A stretch of DNA of 64,000 nucleotides from assembly GCA_965226495.1 (NCBI GenBank), contig OZ245365.1, forward strand, positions 2,816,001 to 2,880,000, in the 5' to 3' direction. Below, piece by piece: positions 32,462-42,244 of this stretch. This DNA is from Candidatus Marinacidobacterales bacterium. GTDB taxonomy: Bacteria > Acidobacteriota > Vicinamibacteria > Marinacidobacterales > DATDRI01. The notes below the pieces were generated by a model that was not told the DNA's origin, did not search any database, and saw nothing but the letters and a program-made list of their open reading frames with translations. Position 1 is the first letter of the stretch; each line of letters opens with the position of its first letter. Position numbers and translations under genes: made by a program.

Positions 32462-34471
32462 TCAGCGTGGTCGGTAGTCTTGAACGTGGTCAGACGCCGG
32501 CCAGGTGGCCAGGGCGCTCCACGTTTTGCTGGTTCGCACCCGAGCTTTCACGATCGCGCCACGACGACCGAGCACTTCCTCTCGATCTCCAGTTGCGGTG
32601 AATGCCCCCGACGCGGCCTCCCCACCGCTGACGCGCGGATCTCGACCATCGAGCGTGAAGTAGAGTGTGCCACGGCCGTTGGGGTTCAGAACGTGAATGA
32701 GGCCACCAACCGTCGACGGCGAAAACTGAGGAGGATCGATGGCCGGGTAGTAGCCCTCCCTTCGCAAGGCGTCGATGAACTGGTCCACGTTGCCCGTCAT
32801 TTGCGCCACGACCCTCTCGACCTCCGGCACGAACGTATCGTCGCGCGTGCGAATCGGTTCGCCGAAAGGCTTTCGCACGTCCCCCCACCGCGCCGACTCG
32901 GCGACCACCGCGTCCGCGACGAAGTCGGTAAGTGTCCGCCATCGCGCAATGACCTTGGCCTCCGTCAAGGAGCCCTCATTGAAGCAGTGGAGGTAAACCC
33001 GGTCCGCGAATAGGGCCATGAAGTCGGCGTTCGTTCGAAGTGAATGCCATATCCCGACCATGTCGTCCGTATCGATCTTCTCTGTTGCGTTTGCCCGGAA
33101 ACGTGGATGAACGGAAGCCACTGGAGTGCCATCCCGCGAAGCCCAGATCTCCTCCGCATCCCAGATAAAGAACCTCACCGGCGACGGAGGACTGTTACGA
33201 TTACCGGCGTACCAGTTATTTTGCGGCCAATCTCGCATGCCGGCGAACCAACAAAGAATCAGATAGTCGACAAACTCTTCGACGTCGATATACTCCTGAA
33301 GCTGTCGGTAGCGGGAGCGCTTCGCCGCGTCCTTCGCTCTCAGCGGTCCCCGCAGATAGTCCCAGCGGAACGAATCGCCTTGAAACGGCCCGTTATGTTT
33401 CACCGAGAAAAAATCCTGCATGACACCACCGAAGTAGGTCGCTTGAAACCAGGCATCCGGTCTCTCTGTAACGTTGTACATACCCCAGTAGAGCCCGTTC
33501 AAATAAAGATGCACGAAGGTGCCGTGCGCGCCGATGCCCGACATAGCGATCTGCGTGTCCCGCGCCCATTGATCCCGCACGTAAGTCGTGTGACCGGGGT
33601 GCCATCGAGTCGCCCAAGAACGGTCTTTCCCCGACCTCAACACGATCCGGTCGAAGGTCTTAGCGGCGGAGTTCCCGTTGAGGGGTGCATCCCTAAAAAT
33701 ACGCGAGTCCCACTTGCCCGTCCCATATTCGCTCTGGAACTTGAGCTTCAATGCCCTTTTGATCGAAGACCAGCTGTGACTCTCGAGCCCGGCGTCGACC
33801 TGAGTGCTCTTCTGAGGGTTCTCGGCGTAGATCAGCTCCACCGAGGCGGCCCGCGTACTGCCTCGCCCCGTGTCTCCCCAATAGACGCCGCTTTGCCGCA
33901 TATCCAACCCCGTCCCATCGGTTTCTACCCAACCGAACAGGCCCTCCTTATCCAAAACGATAGAAAGGGTGGGTATCGAAAGGAGTCCGGCTCTTATCGC
34001 CTTTCGGTAACGAGGGTCAGAAACCACGTTAGGGTCCATCTCATAGTCGAGCGTTACTTTCTCGTCGGCCTGGTAGCCGGTCCTCAACTGGGGACGAGGA
34101 AATCCTGGCGCGCTGGGCGGTTGCTTCAATACGTCCTCGATGAAGAGGTACGTATGCGTATCCACGTTACTGGGACTCATCCCTTCCCTATGCGCCATCG
34201 CCCGGAGAGTCGTGGTTCCTTCCACCGACACCGTGACGGGATTGGAGTTACCCAGCCCATGGGTCGAACTGGGCGCACTTCCGTCGAGTGTGTAGCGAAT
34301 CCTCGCCCCTTGCGTCTTCGACTGAATCAATACGGTAAAGGAAGACCGGTAGAAACCGCGGTTGCTGCTGAATTGTGTATCCCGGACGGTTTCTTGCCCG
34401 GCCACCACCTGCCCCATCATCAAGAATGCAGTGGCAATTGCCGCAAATACGCCCGCCCGTTCGTTTCTCAT
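32462..34471 (-). CDS. Secreted CotH-kinase-family protein with FN3-associated/chitobiase-like domains
   Basis: 'IRYTLDGS.P', 'FVHLYLNGLYWGMYN.TERPD', 'DWPQNNW', 'FFIWDAE', 'AESARWGD', 'YFTLDGRDPR'. Confidence 0.8.
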   Translation of the reverse strand: MRNERAGVFAAIATAFLMMGQVVAGQETVRDTQFSSNRGFYRSSFTVLIQSKTQGARIRYTLDGSAPSSTHGLGNSNPVTVSVEGTTTLRAMAHREGMSPSNVDTHTYLFIEDVLKQPPSAPGFPRPQLRTGYQADEKVTLDYEMDPNVVSDPRYRKAIRAGLLSIPTLSIVLDKEGLFGWVETDGTGLDMRQSGVYWGDTGRGSTRAASVELIYAENPQKSTQVDAGLESHSWSSIKRALKLKFQSEYGTGKWDSRIFRDAPLNGNSAAKTFDRIVLRSGKDRSWATRWHPGHTTYVRDQWARDTQIAMSGIGAHGTFVHLYLNGLYWGMYNVTERPDAWFQATYFGGVMQDFFSVKHNGPFQGDSFRWDYLRGPLRAKDAAKRSRYRQLQEYIDVEEFVDYLILCWFAGMRDWPQNNWYAGNRNSPPSPVRFFIWDAEEIWASRDGTPVASVHPRFRANATEKIDTDDMVGIWHSLRTNADFMALFADRVYLHCFNEGSLTEAKVIARWRTLTDFVADAVVAESARWGDVRKPFGEPIRTRDDTFVPEVERVVAQMTGNVDQFIDALRREGYYPAIDPPQFSPSTVGGLIHVLNPNGRGTLYFTLDGRDPRVSGGEAASGAFTATGDREEVLGRRGAIVKARVRTSKTWSALATWPASDHVQDYRPR

Positions 34472-34520
34472 GAACTCACCAATGAGGCTAACATACGGAT
34501 AGGCGATCGGGGATAAGCGT

Positions 34521-36621
34521 ATGGATGGTCCGTTCCAAATCGGTGCTTGGCACGTCGATGTGCCAAGAAACCGGCTCGTCCGCTCTGGCCACCCCGAGCA
34601 CTCGGTGAGAATCGAGCCCAAGGCGATGCAGGTCTTGGTTTATCTCGCGCAGCACGCCGGAGAGGTCGTCGAGAAAGAAACGGTTGTCAAGGAAATCTGG
34701 GAAGGGGCCTTCGTGACTGACGAAGTGCTCACGAATGCTATTTGGGAGCTTCGAAAGGCGCTGGGCGATGACTCCAAGAGCGCGCAGTTCATTCAAACGG
34801 TCCCACGCAAAGGCTACCGACTGATCGCGACCGTTCAGGCCGCAAATCAAGGTGGCCACGCGCGCCTTCAAGGGAGCAGGTTTGCCAGAAACTCGTCAGC
34901 CGCACGGTCGGCAGACAAGCCCATGGCCGGACGTCGTGGCGCGGTTTCCGGTCGCCATCGACGAGAGCCTTGGCCCGCTCTATGTTCCAGTTGTCGCGCT
35001 ATCGCCGGACGGATCGAGCATCGTTTACGCCTCGGCGGCCGAAGACGGAGGCCAATCCCAGCTCCATTGGCGAGAGATGGATCAAATGACTTCTACCCCG
35101 GTTCCTGGTACAGAAGGGGCCCTCTCGCCCTTTCTCTCGCCGGATGGAAACTGGGTAGGCTTTGTCGCGGAAGATAAGCTTCGAAAAGTAAACCTCCATG
35201 ACGGCAGCCCCCCGATTGACCTTTGCGACATCGGCGGGCCTCGCGGCGCTTGGTGGGGTCCTGATGACTTCATTTATTACACACCGGGAAGCTCGGGAGG
35301 CATCTGGCGGATCTCAGCGGACGGTGGCGAACCCAAAGCCGTAACCGAGCTCCGAGAAACAAGTGCCGAATGGACGCATCGCTGGCCTCAAGTTCTTCCG
35401 GGCGGGCAAGCGGTTCTCTTCACCGTCGGCGACAGAGACATGTTCTCCGGTTTCGACGAAGCGAAGATCTTTGTTCAGTCCCTCGTAACCGATGAGCGCC
35501 GCTTGCTGATCGAAGGCGGCAGTTTCGCCCGCTACGTGCAGAGCCACATCGTGTATGTGCGCAACGGCGTCCTGATGGCAGCTCCCTTCGATGCCGAGCG
35601 GCTAGAAATCGTGGGCCGGCCCCGTCCGGTGCTCGAGTGGGTCAAATGGTTTCCAATCAACGGCACGGCTCAGTTCGCGCTTTCGCATGATGGTTCCTTG
35701 GTCTATGTGCCGGGCGGCCCGGAGTGGGAAGAACCACGCCGGCTCGTCTGGGTGAACCGACAAGGCGAGCCTAAACCGGTCACCGGTGACGCCCGCATCT
35801 TCTATGACCCTGGGCTCTCTCCGGATGGGCGGAAGATCGCGGTCGCGATCGCGCGCGAGGGCAACACCGATCTTTGGTTGTACGACGTCAAGCGTGACAC
35901 CTTGAGCCGCCTGACTGTATCGGGAGGAGAAGATTTAGGACCCTTGTGGACTCCGGACGGCCGGCGCATCGCCTACTATTATTCGATGACCGGACCGTTT
36001 CAGATGTTCTCGCTAGCCGCCGATGGGAGCGGAGAGCCGCAGAAAATCCTCGACGGAGAAAACAGTCAACGTCCCGAGTCTTGGTCACCCGACGGCAAAG
36101 TGCTCGTCTTCTCAGAAAACGATCCCGAGACCGGCTTCGACATTTGGTCCCTTCAGATCGATGACATCGAAGGCGGCAAGCCGGAGTCGATCATCAAAAC
36201 AACGTTCGATGAGCTTCACGGAAAGCTGTCACCGGACGGCCGTTGGCTGGCGTACGTCTCGAACGAGTCCGGGCACTACGAAGTGTACGTCACACCGTTC
36301 CCTGGCCCAGGCGGCAAGTGGCAAATCTCGACCGATGGCGGAGACGACCCCAGTTGGACGCGCGGCGGCAGAGAGCTTGTTTACATCGACGGCGACGAGA
36401 TGATGACGGTGTCCGTTACCGGTGAACCCGAATTTGCCGCCACCAAACCACGTCTTCTCTTCGAGTGGCGTCGGCCCCCGAGACTGTTCGAGGGCGTCTA
36501 CCGTCGTTACTACGACGTATCCGAAGACGGTGAGACTTTCTTGATGGTACGAGGGGGTGAGCGAGAAAGGTCCCAGCAACTGCACGTTGTGCTCCATTGG
36601 AGTCAAGAGCTCCAGAACTAG
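34521..36621 (+). pseudogene. CadC/ToxR-like winged-helix regulator fused to TolB/PD40 propeller; frameshifted near 34900, TM linker missing
   Basis: 'IEPKAMQVL.YLA...VTD.VL..AI.ELRKALGD...IQTVPRKGYRL'; then, in another frame, repeated 'SPDG' PD40 blades. Confidence 0.8.
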
Positions 36622-36673
36622 TGGACTGTAACGACGAAATCGATACTGAACTTCATCGCCGCTGTCCAGACCA

Positions 36674-36761
36674 CCCTCGCCCCGGCCCTCTCCCTGAGGG
36701 AGAGGGAGTAACGGATGGAAGCCATCTTTCAATACCCTCTCCCCCGCGGTCGGGGGAGAGG
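36674..36761 (+). repeat. ~56-bp boxC-like repeat copy B (36674-36729) followed by a second CCTCTCCCCC/GGGGGAGAGG hairpin
   Basis: CCCTCGCCCCGGCCCTCTCCCTGAGGGAGAGGG-AGTAAC-GGATGGAAGCCATCTTT; between convergent genes. Confidence 0.85.
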
Positions 36762-36788
36762 TCGTACCAACTGCGTTGGTACAGCCTA

Positions 36789-39434
36789 CTAGCGCCCGTC
36801 GCCAATCAGCACGAATCCCGCCCAATAGTAAGGATAGCGGCGCGACTCCCCGGCACCGCCCCGCGCCATATCCGCTTGAGCGTTCGACAACGCACCGGCA
36901 GCGGAGTTCCCCGAAGCCAACTCGCGGTAGAAACGGCCCATCAACTCGCGTGTCGCTCGATCTTCGACCGGCCACAACGTCGCGACCACGGAGCTTGCGC
37001 CGGACTCGAGGAAGGCCCGAGCCAAGCCTACGATGCCCTCACCGCGCTGCGGTATGATACCGACCGTCTCGCAAGCAGCGAGCGTCACCAAGGCGCCCGA
37101 TCGTAGCGGGAGCTCCAGAACTTCGTAACCCGTCAAGACACCATCTTCCGGGTCTAGTGGGTCGAGGAGACTGTCCGCGAGCGCTCCCCGCTCTCCTGTC
37201 AGCAAAAGGGACGACTGAAGTGGCCTCGCCGGATCCACCCGCGCGTGGGTCGCGAAGTGGACGATGTCGTACCTGCCGATCCACCGCCGAACCGCCGGCT
37301 CATTCGCCTCCTCTCCGATCAGGACACGAGACCCGGGGAACAACGCACTCAACGCCTTCGCCTCAATCTCCGTCTCGGGCAGGGGGCGTCCGGGCGCGTT
37401 GGGTCTCGCGACCACCAACGCTCGGTCTCTCGAAATCGCGGACCCACGGTTTCGCAGACGCACGAATGCCGACGCGCTAGGCTCCAACACGAGCTCATGT
37501 GACTCGGCGAGATATCGACTTCGCCCGCCTCCCCGCAAAGCCGCCCACGGCAACGCAAACAGGATGCCGTCCGGAACGATGACCGCTGTGCGAGCATCCA
37601 CCAGGAGTCGCCCCACTGGCTCCAAAAGCATGTATGACAAGTTTCTTTGCGCGTCGGAGTAGAGCTCCGTCCATCCCTCCGTAAGGGGGAACGACGCCGT
37701 CGTGTCACCGCCAAAGATTCGTACCAGACGATCGAGCTCCCTTTCCTTTATGTCCTTGACCGACCAGCCGGCGAGTCCGTCGGAGTCCAAGACAAGAGTC
37801 GCCAGCCATCGGGACGTTACGGTGTAGTGGATGAGGATCGTTCCCGGCTCGAGAGCCGCGACGACACGGGACAGTGGTTCAGGCTCCGCCACGCCCGGTA
37901 AGACCACATCCACCCCTCCCGCGCCACCATGGGTAACCAACACTCCCGCTTCGAGAGAGTCGAGTAAGGCCCGCGCCCGCGAACGCTCCAAGAACTCGAA
38001 TGCCACTTCAGGATCGCGGCGCTCCGTAAGATGGATCCAGGCCAGATCTTCGTAAATGGATCGCCTCGTCGCGAGGAAGCGAGCCCTCTCTTCCTGTGAC
38101 TGTGAGCTCGCTCTCAACGTCTCGATGGTCGAAACCGCAGCTTCCAAGGCTTCGATGGCGCTGTTCGTATCGCCCTGCGCGAGCGTAAGCTGCGCCTGGC
38201 GTCGCGAGGTTTCGGCTCGCTCGAGCTCGGTTCCGACCCCCTGCGCCAGCTCTTCAGCTTCGCTGTAGGCTCGCTTGGCCGCCCCATCCCTCCCCTCGGC
38301 GAGATGGAGCTCCCCAGCGATGAGAAGCGCTCCCCAACGGGTCTGCAAAACTTCTCGCGCTGACTTGCCTCGAGTGAGTGCCAAAACCTCGCCCACCACG
38401 GAGAGGGCTTCTCCCGATTCGCCCGCGTCCGCGAGAAGCTCGGCGATGTGGAGGAGCGTCTTCAGCCGACTCCACTCATCACCTTGGTCCGATGCGAGAT
38501 CGAGCGAACGCCGGTAAGCCGCGAGCGCTTCCTTTGTTTTTTCCAAGCGTTGTAGACTCGCCCCTCGGTTGGCCGCGGCCGCCGCCTCGAGCTCGAACTG
38601 ACCTATCGTCTTGAACGTCGCCTCTGCTTGCTGGAAGTACCCCACCGAGCGTTCATAAAGTCCCAGCTGATGAAAGAGGTGCCCCAAGTAAAGAAGGGCA
38701 AAACCTTCGAGATCCGGAAGCCCGTGTCTCCGACCGAGATCGAGCGTTCGTCGATAGCCCGCGGCCGCTTCACGCAGTTTCCCTTCGTCCTGGTCGAGAG
38801 CCGCGAGGTTGTTAATAGCCGCCGCCTCTCGTTCTCGACTTCCAAGCTCCGCCGCTCGATCTCTTAGTTCGCGATAGTGCTGGCCGGCCTCCTCGGGGTC
38901 CGCGTTCATCCAGGCCGCGTCGCCCAGCAGGTGAAGGGCTCGCACTTCACTCCAGCCGTCGCCGAGTCGTCGTGCAGCTTCCAAGGCGCCCTTTGCCCGG
39001 TGTGCTGCAGCGGCCAAGGTGTCGTTCTGGTAAGCGGCCTCCGCCTCTTGGAGCAGGGCTTCAATCTGCAAGGCTTGCTTCGCACCCGAGGAGCCACGCC
39101 TCTCATACCATTCTGTGAATCGCACCAGCGAGGGATCGCCGAGGCGTTCGTCGATCGCAAGAGATAGACGCTCGGCTTGCCCAAACTCACGCGTGCCATC
39201 CCGCTCCCTTGCCACGGCGGCGAGCCCGTGGGTCCACAGTTTCTCCACGAACCGTCGCGCTTCCAGAGGATTCGCTTCAACGAGCTCTCCGAGCTCTCCG
39301 AGGTCAGCGGGCTTCGCCAACGCCACGCGAAACTGCCGCTCGGTCTCGTCCGTCCGCTCGACGAGTAGCACCAGTCCGGCGACAGACAGACACCAACCAA
39401 CGAGCAGAAGCAGGGGAAGGAGTCGAGATCTCAT
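36789..39434 (-). CDS. CHAT-domain (caspase-like) protease with TPR repeats and N-terminal membrane/signal segment
   Basis: TPR-like helices; 'AFEFLERSRARALLD', 'IVPDG.L..LPWAAL', catalytic 'HFATHA' and 'LAACET', 'VVATLWPVED', 'PYYWAGFVLIG'. Confidence 0.9.
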   Translation of the reverse strand: MRSRLLPLLLLVGWCLSVAGLVLLVERTDETERQFRVALAKPADLGELGELVEANPLEARRFVEKLWTHGLAAVARERDGTREFGQAERLSLAIDERLGDPSLVRFTEWYERRGSSGAKQALQIEALLQEAEAAYQNDTLAAAAHRAKGALEAARRLGDGWSEVRALHLLGDAAWMNADPEEAGQHYRELRDRAAELGSREREAAAINNLAALDQDEGKLREAAAGYRRTLDLGRRHGLPDLEGFALLYLGHLFHQLGLYERSVGYFQQAEATFKTIGQFELEAAAAANRGASLQRLEKTKEALAAYRRSLDLASDQGDEWSRLKTLLHIAELLADAGESGEALSVVGEVLALTRGKSAREVLQTRWGALLIAGELHLAEGRDGAAKRAYSEAEELAQGVGTELERAETSRRQAQLTLAQGDTNSAIEALEAAVSTIETLRASSQSQEERARFLATRRSIYEDLAWIHLTERRDPEVAFEFLERSRARALLDSLEAGVLVTHGGAGGVDVVLPGVAEPEPLSRVVAALEPGTILIHYTVTSRWLATLVLDSDGLAGWSVKDIKERELDRLVRIFGGDTTASFPLTEGWTELYSDAQRNLSYMLLEPVGRLLVDARTAVIVPDGILFALPWAALRGGGRSRYLAESHELVLEPSASAFVRLRNRGSAISRDRALVVARPNAPGRPLPETEIEAKALSALFPGSRVLIGEEANEPAVRRWIGRYDIVHFATHARVDPARPLQSSLLLTGERGALADSLLDPLDPEDGVLTGYEVLELPLRSGALVTLAACETVGIIPQRGEGIVGLARAFLESGASSVVATLWPVEDRATRELMGRFYRELASGNSAAGALSNAQADMARGGAGESRRYPYYWAGFVLIGDGR

Positions 39435-39495
39435 CGAACCGGCAGGGTAAGGCAAGTGCCCTGCCACGGCAAGGGTTGGCCCGTGATGCCCCCGA

Positions 39496-41193
39496 CTAAG
39501 AGACCGGGGTTTCTTTCTTTTCCTTGAGAGACCGGTCGCGGAGAGACTTGATCACTTGGAGAGCCTCGATGGAGCGACGATCAGGGATCATCATCTTGAG
39601 AGCCTTGCGAATCAGCGCATCGGCCTGCGCGTCGTGCCCCAGCTTGCCTTCAATCAGACCGGCGTAGTAAACCGCCAGCCCACATTCAGGGTCCAGCCTC
39701 ACCGTTTCACTAAGTTCGACCAGACATTTGTCTGCGCCTTTGGGCGCATCGAGGAAGCGGCAATAAGCAAGCTCGGCCCGGTACTTGCTGTTTTGTGGAT
39801 CACAATCGTGGGCGAGCTCCAGCTGTAGGAGCGCTTCAGCGTGGAGACCACGCCTCATGAGAGCGCGTCCCTTTTTGAATTGCAGGTCGGAATCCAGGAA
39901 CTCTTTTCGGAGAGCAGTGCGCGATTCCGTTTCCTTCCGCTTCTCCTCGAGAAGACGATGGCGGCGAGCGACGAGCAAGGTCCGGCGTCCTGGATCGCTA
40001 AGCTCACCATAGGCGCGTCCACCCGCCAAGAATAGATCCTGCACCTTCTCCAGCAGATGGGCGAGCTCATCGGTCATGAACCTCCATGGCGCGAACTTCC
40101 GCGAAAACCCGATGTACTTTTCTTCCATTTCGGCCGGAGAAGCGTTCTCGTTGGTGACTCCAAGTAGATCGAAAGCGTCTAGCTCCCGATACCGCAAGTA
40201 GATCTCCATCACCTCGTTGCTAACATCTTCCGCGTTTGCCGCTTCTTCCGTTGTCGACACCCGCGCCCATGCGGCTGCCGGTCGGATCGGAGCGGTGTCG
40301 GCCTCCTCTTCGATCATTTTGTCCGCGTCCGTCGGGACCTCGAGCGGCTGGGTTGCCAAGAGGCGCAGTGTGGACTCCTCAGACGCAGTCTCTCTCTTCT
40401 TCTCTCTCTTCTCCTGCGGTATCCACTCTTCTGGCCGAACTACGCCCACAACCATGAGCGCATAAAGGAATCGGATGAGCTTCTCACCTGAGATCGGAGA
40501 CTCCGCAGCAAGCTCCTCGATACTCTTACCATCGCGCAGTCGATCGATCAGGTCTTTCTGGTCCGGAGTGAGACGGATATCCGCCAACCAATAAGGAGGC
40601 CTCAAGTCCAGCGAGAGCTTGACCTCCCTCAGCGGATCCATCGTATCCCGAACCTCGTCTTCGAGTGCGAAACGTGAAACTCCCGTTACGATGAGCTGCG
40701 CGGTCTTGATCTTGAACGGCGACTCGACGTGCTCGAGGCCTGGGAAAACTCGAAAGGTGCCGCTTCGCCACGTAAATATATGAAGCAGTTTCCTGGCCAG
40801 CGTCTGCTGTAGAACACGGAAGAGCTCCGACGGCGTGATCAAGGCGTGGTCGATGAGGATCTCACCCAAGTGCCGCTCGCCCGAAACGCTCTGGTTCAGG
40901 CAGCGCTGGCGCTGTTCATCGGTGATCATCTCGCGGTCGACCAGAACTTGGCCGAGGGTTTCATGAAGCAGGTTAGAACGGCATTCGACCGGCACACCTT
41001 TCTCGAGGACAACGACTTTGGTGACCGCCTTGCGCGCAAACTCCAGGACGGCCGAGCGCCGAGTCACAGCCATGGAGTGAAGCAGCACCGCAAAGGGGAT
41101 CTCGGTCAGATTCCCTTCGGTCACTCGAGCGATGGTCTCGAGTTGTTCGGGTCTCGGGATCACCCCTGCCTCCCCCTGTCCAAGAATGTCCAA
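39496..41193 (-). CDS. DUF4388-domain protein with MshEN-like motifs, degenerate J-domain and TPR
   Basis: 'GNL.EIPFAVLL', 'TLGQVLVDREMIT', 'HLGEILIDHALIT', 'IFTWRSGTF', 'AFDLLGV...KFAPWRF...AYGELSDP.RR'. Confidence 0.75.
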   Translation of the reverse strand: MDILGQGEAGVIPRPEQLETIARVTEGNLTEIPFAVLLHSMAVTRRSAVLEFARKAVTKVVVLEKGVPVECRSNLLHETLGQVLVDREMITDEQRQRCLNQSVSGERHLGEILIDHALITPSELFRVLQQTLARKLLHIFTWRSGTFRVFPGLEHVESPFKIKTAQLIVTGVSRFALEDEVRDTMDPLREVKLSLDLRPPYWLADIRLTPDQKDLIDRLRDGKSIEELAAESPISGEKLIRFLYALMVVGVVRPEEWIPQEKREKKRETASEESTLRLLATQPLEVPTDADKMIEEEADTAPIRPAAAWARVSTTEEAANAEDVSNEVMEIYLRYRELDAFDLLGVTNENASPAEMEEKYIGFSRKFAPWRFMTDELAHLLEKVQDLFLAGGRAYGELSDPGRRTLLVARRHRLLEEKRKETESRTALRKEFLDSDLQFKKGRALMRRGLHAEALLQLELAHDCDPQNSKYRAELAYCRFLDAPKGADKCLVELSETVRLDPECGLAVYYAGLIEGKLGHDAQADALIRKALKMMIPDRRSIEALQVIKSLRDRSLKEKKETPVS

Positions 41194-41345
41194 AAATGCC
41201 CGCGAATGTCCGGGTCCGATCTTCTTCGGATCTAGGTCGTTGTTAGCTGGTTGGATTGGTTACTAAGAGTGTACCAGAAGTGGAGGAATCGCTCCACCTC
41301 CTTAAAAAACGGGGAAATTTTCCTTCGTTCGGAGTCCGGAAAACG

Positions 41346-41380
41346 AAAAAAGGCCAGAGAGCGCCTCGCGCCCTCGGGCC
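41346..41380 (-). terminator. Rho-independent terminator after the DUF2911 gene
   Basis: Minus strand GGCCCGAGGGCGC-GAG-GCGCTCTCTGGCC followed by TTTTTT, ~16 bp after the stop codon. Confidence 0.7.
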
Positions 41381-41396
41381 CCAAGAGTCAGAAGTG

Positions 41397-41978
41397 CTAT
41401 TTCGCAGTCTTCACGGGCACGCTCCAGGCGGCCTCGCCCCAAGACAGCTTCATCATTGCGCCATCTCCCTTTTCAACGAGGGAGATAGTGAACATATCGA
41501 CGGTGCTGGACGTCTTGGACTCCGCCAAGGGCACCCGCGCCACCTCGCTGTCACCGATCTCCTCGCTGTATGAGAAATGCGGCCACAGCTCGTTTTTAAG
41601 CCCGTCCGGAGCCTCGGCCCAAACCTTGCCCAGTGGTTGGCCAACAACCTCGTTCACAGCCAACGCGTACTCACCGTCAGCAGGACAGTACACATAAAGA
41701 GAGTACTCACCAGCGGGGACCTTCGAGTCACCGACGTACACATCCCCGGAGACGGTGAGGGTGGTCACCTGCTCGGACCCGGCGCGCCACATCCGGTCTT
41801 CGGGCAACTTGGAAGTCAGCTCGCTGAAGCTCCGGCCGTTGAGGGAAGGCCGACCGTACTCGACGGAGACGCTCTCTCCCCCGACCTTAGCCTTCGCGGT
41901 CTCCCGCGGAGAAGGTGTTTGTGTGAACGCTACCGCGGCAATCGCGATAGCGGCTACGCTCGATAAAAGAACACGCAT
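41397..41978 (-). CDS. DUF2911-domain secreted protein
   Basis: 'PSPR', 'VEYGRPS..GR', 'WRAGS', 'VPAGEYSLY', 'LSWG....VP'. Confidence 0.85.
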   Translation of the reverse strand: MRVLLSSVAAIAIAAVAFTQTPSPRETAKAKVGGESVSVEYGRPSLNGRSFSELTSKLPEDRMWRAGSEQVTTLTVSGDVYVGDSKVPAGEYSLYVYCPADGEYALAVNEVVGQPLGKVWAEAPDGLKNELWPHFSYSEEIGDSEVARVPLAESKTSSTVDMFTISLVEKGDGAMMKLSWGEAAWSVPVKTAK

Positions 41979-42244
41979 TTATGAACTCCTTTCGTTTCTG
42001 AAATCTTCTTTTGAGAAACCCAGGGCGTGGGCGGAATAAACCCCGGCTCATCCTCCTCATTTTGCACTGGCTGTGCAAATCAAAAAAAATATTCAATAAA
42101 ATGGATGCAGTAACATGGGGCACAGACCGAGCCCCGCCTCCCGCCGCACCCATTAGGCCTTCGCTTCTTGTGGAAGAGCTGCGCAAACTCAAGTCGTCAT
42201 CCGGCCTCGCCTGAGGTAATCTGGCCGACGTAAGGAGGCGGGCC

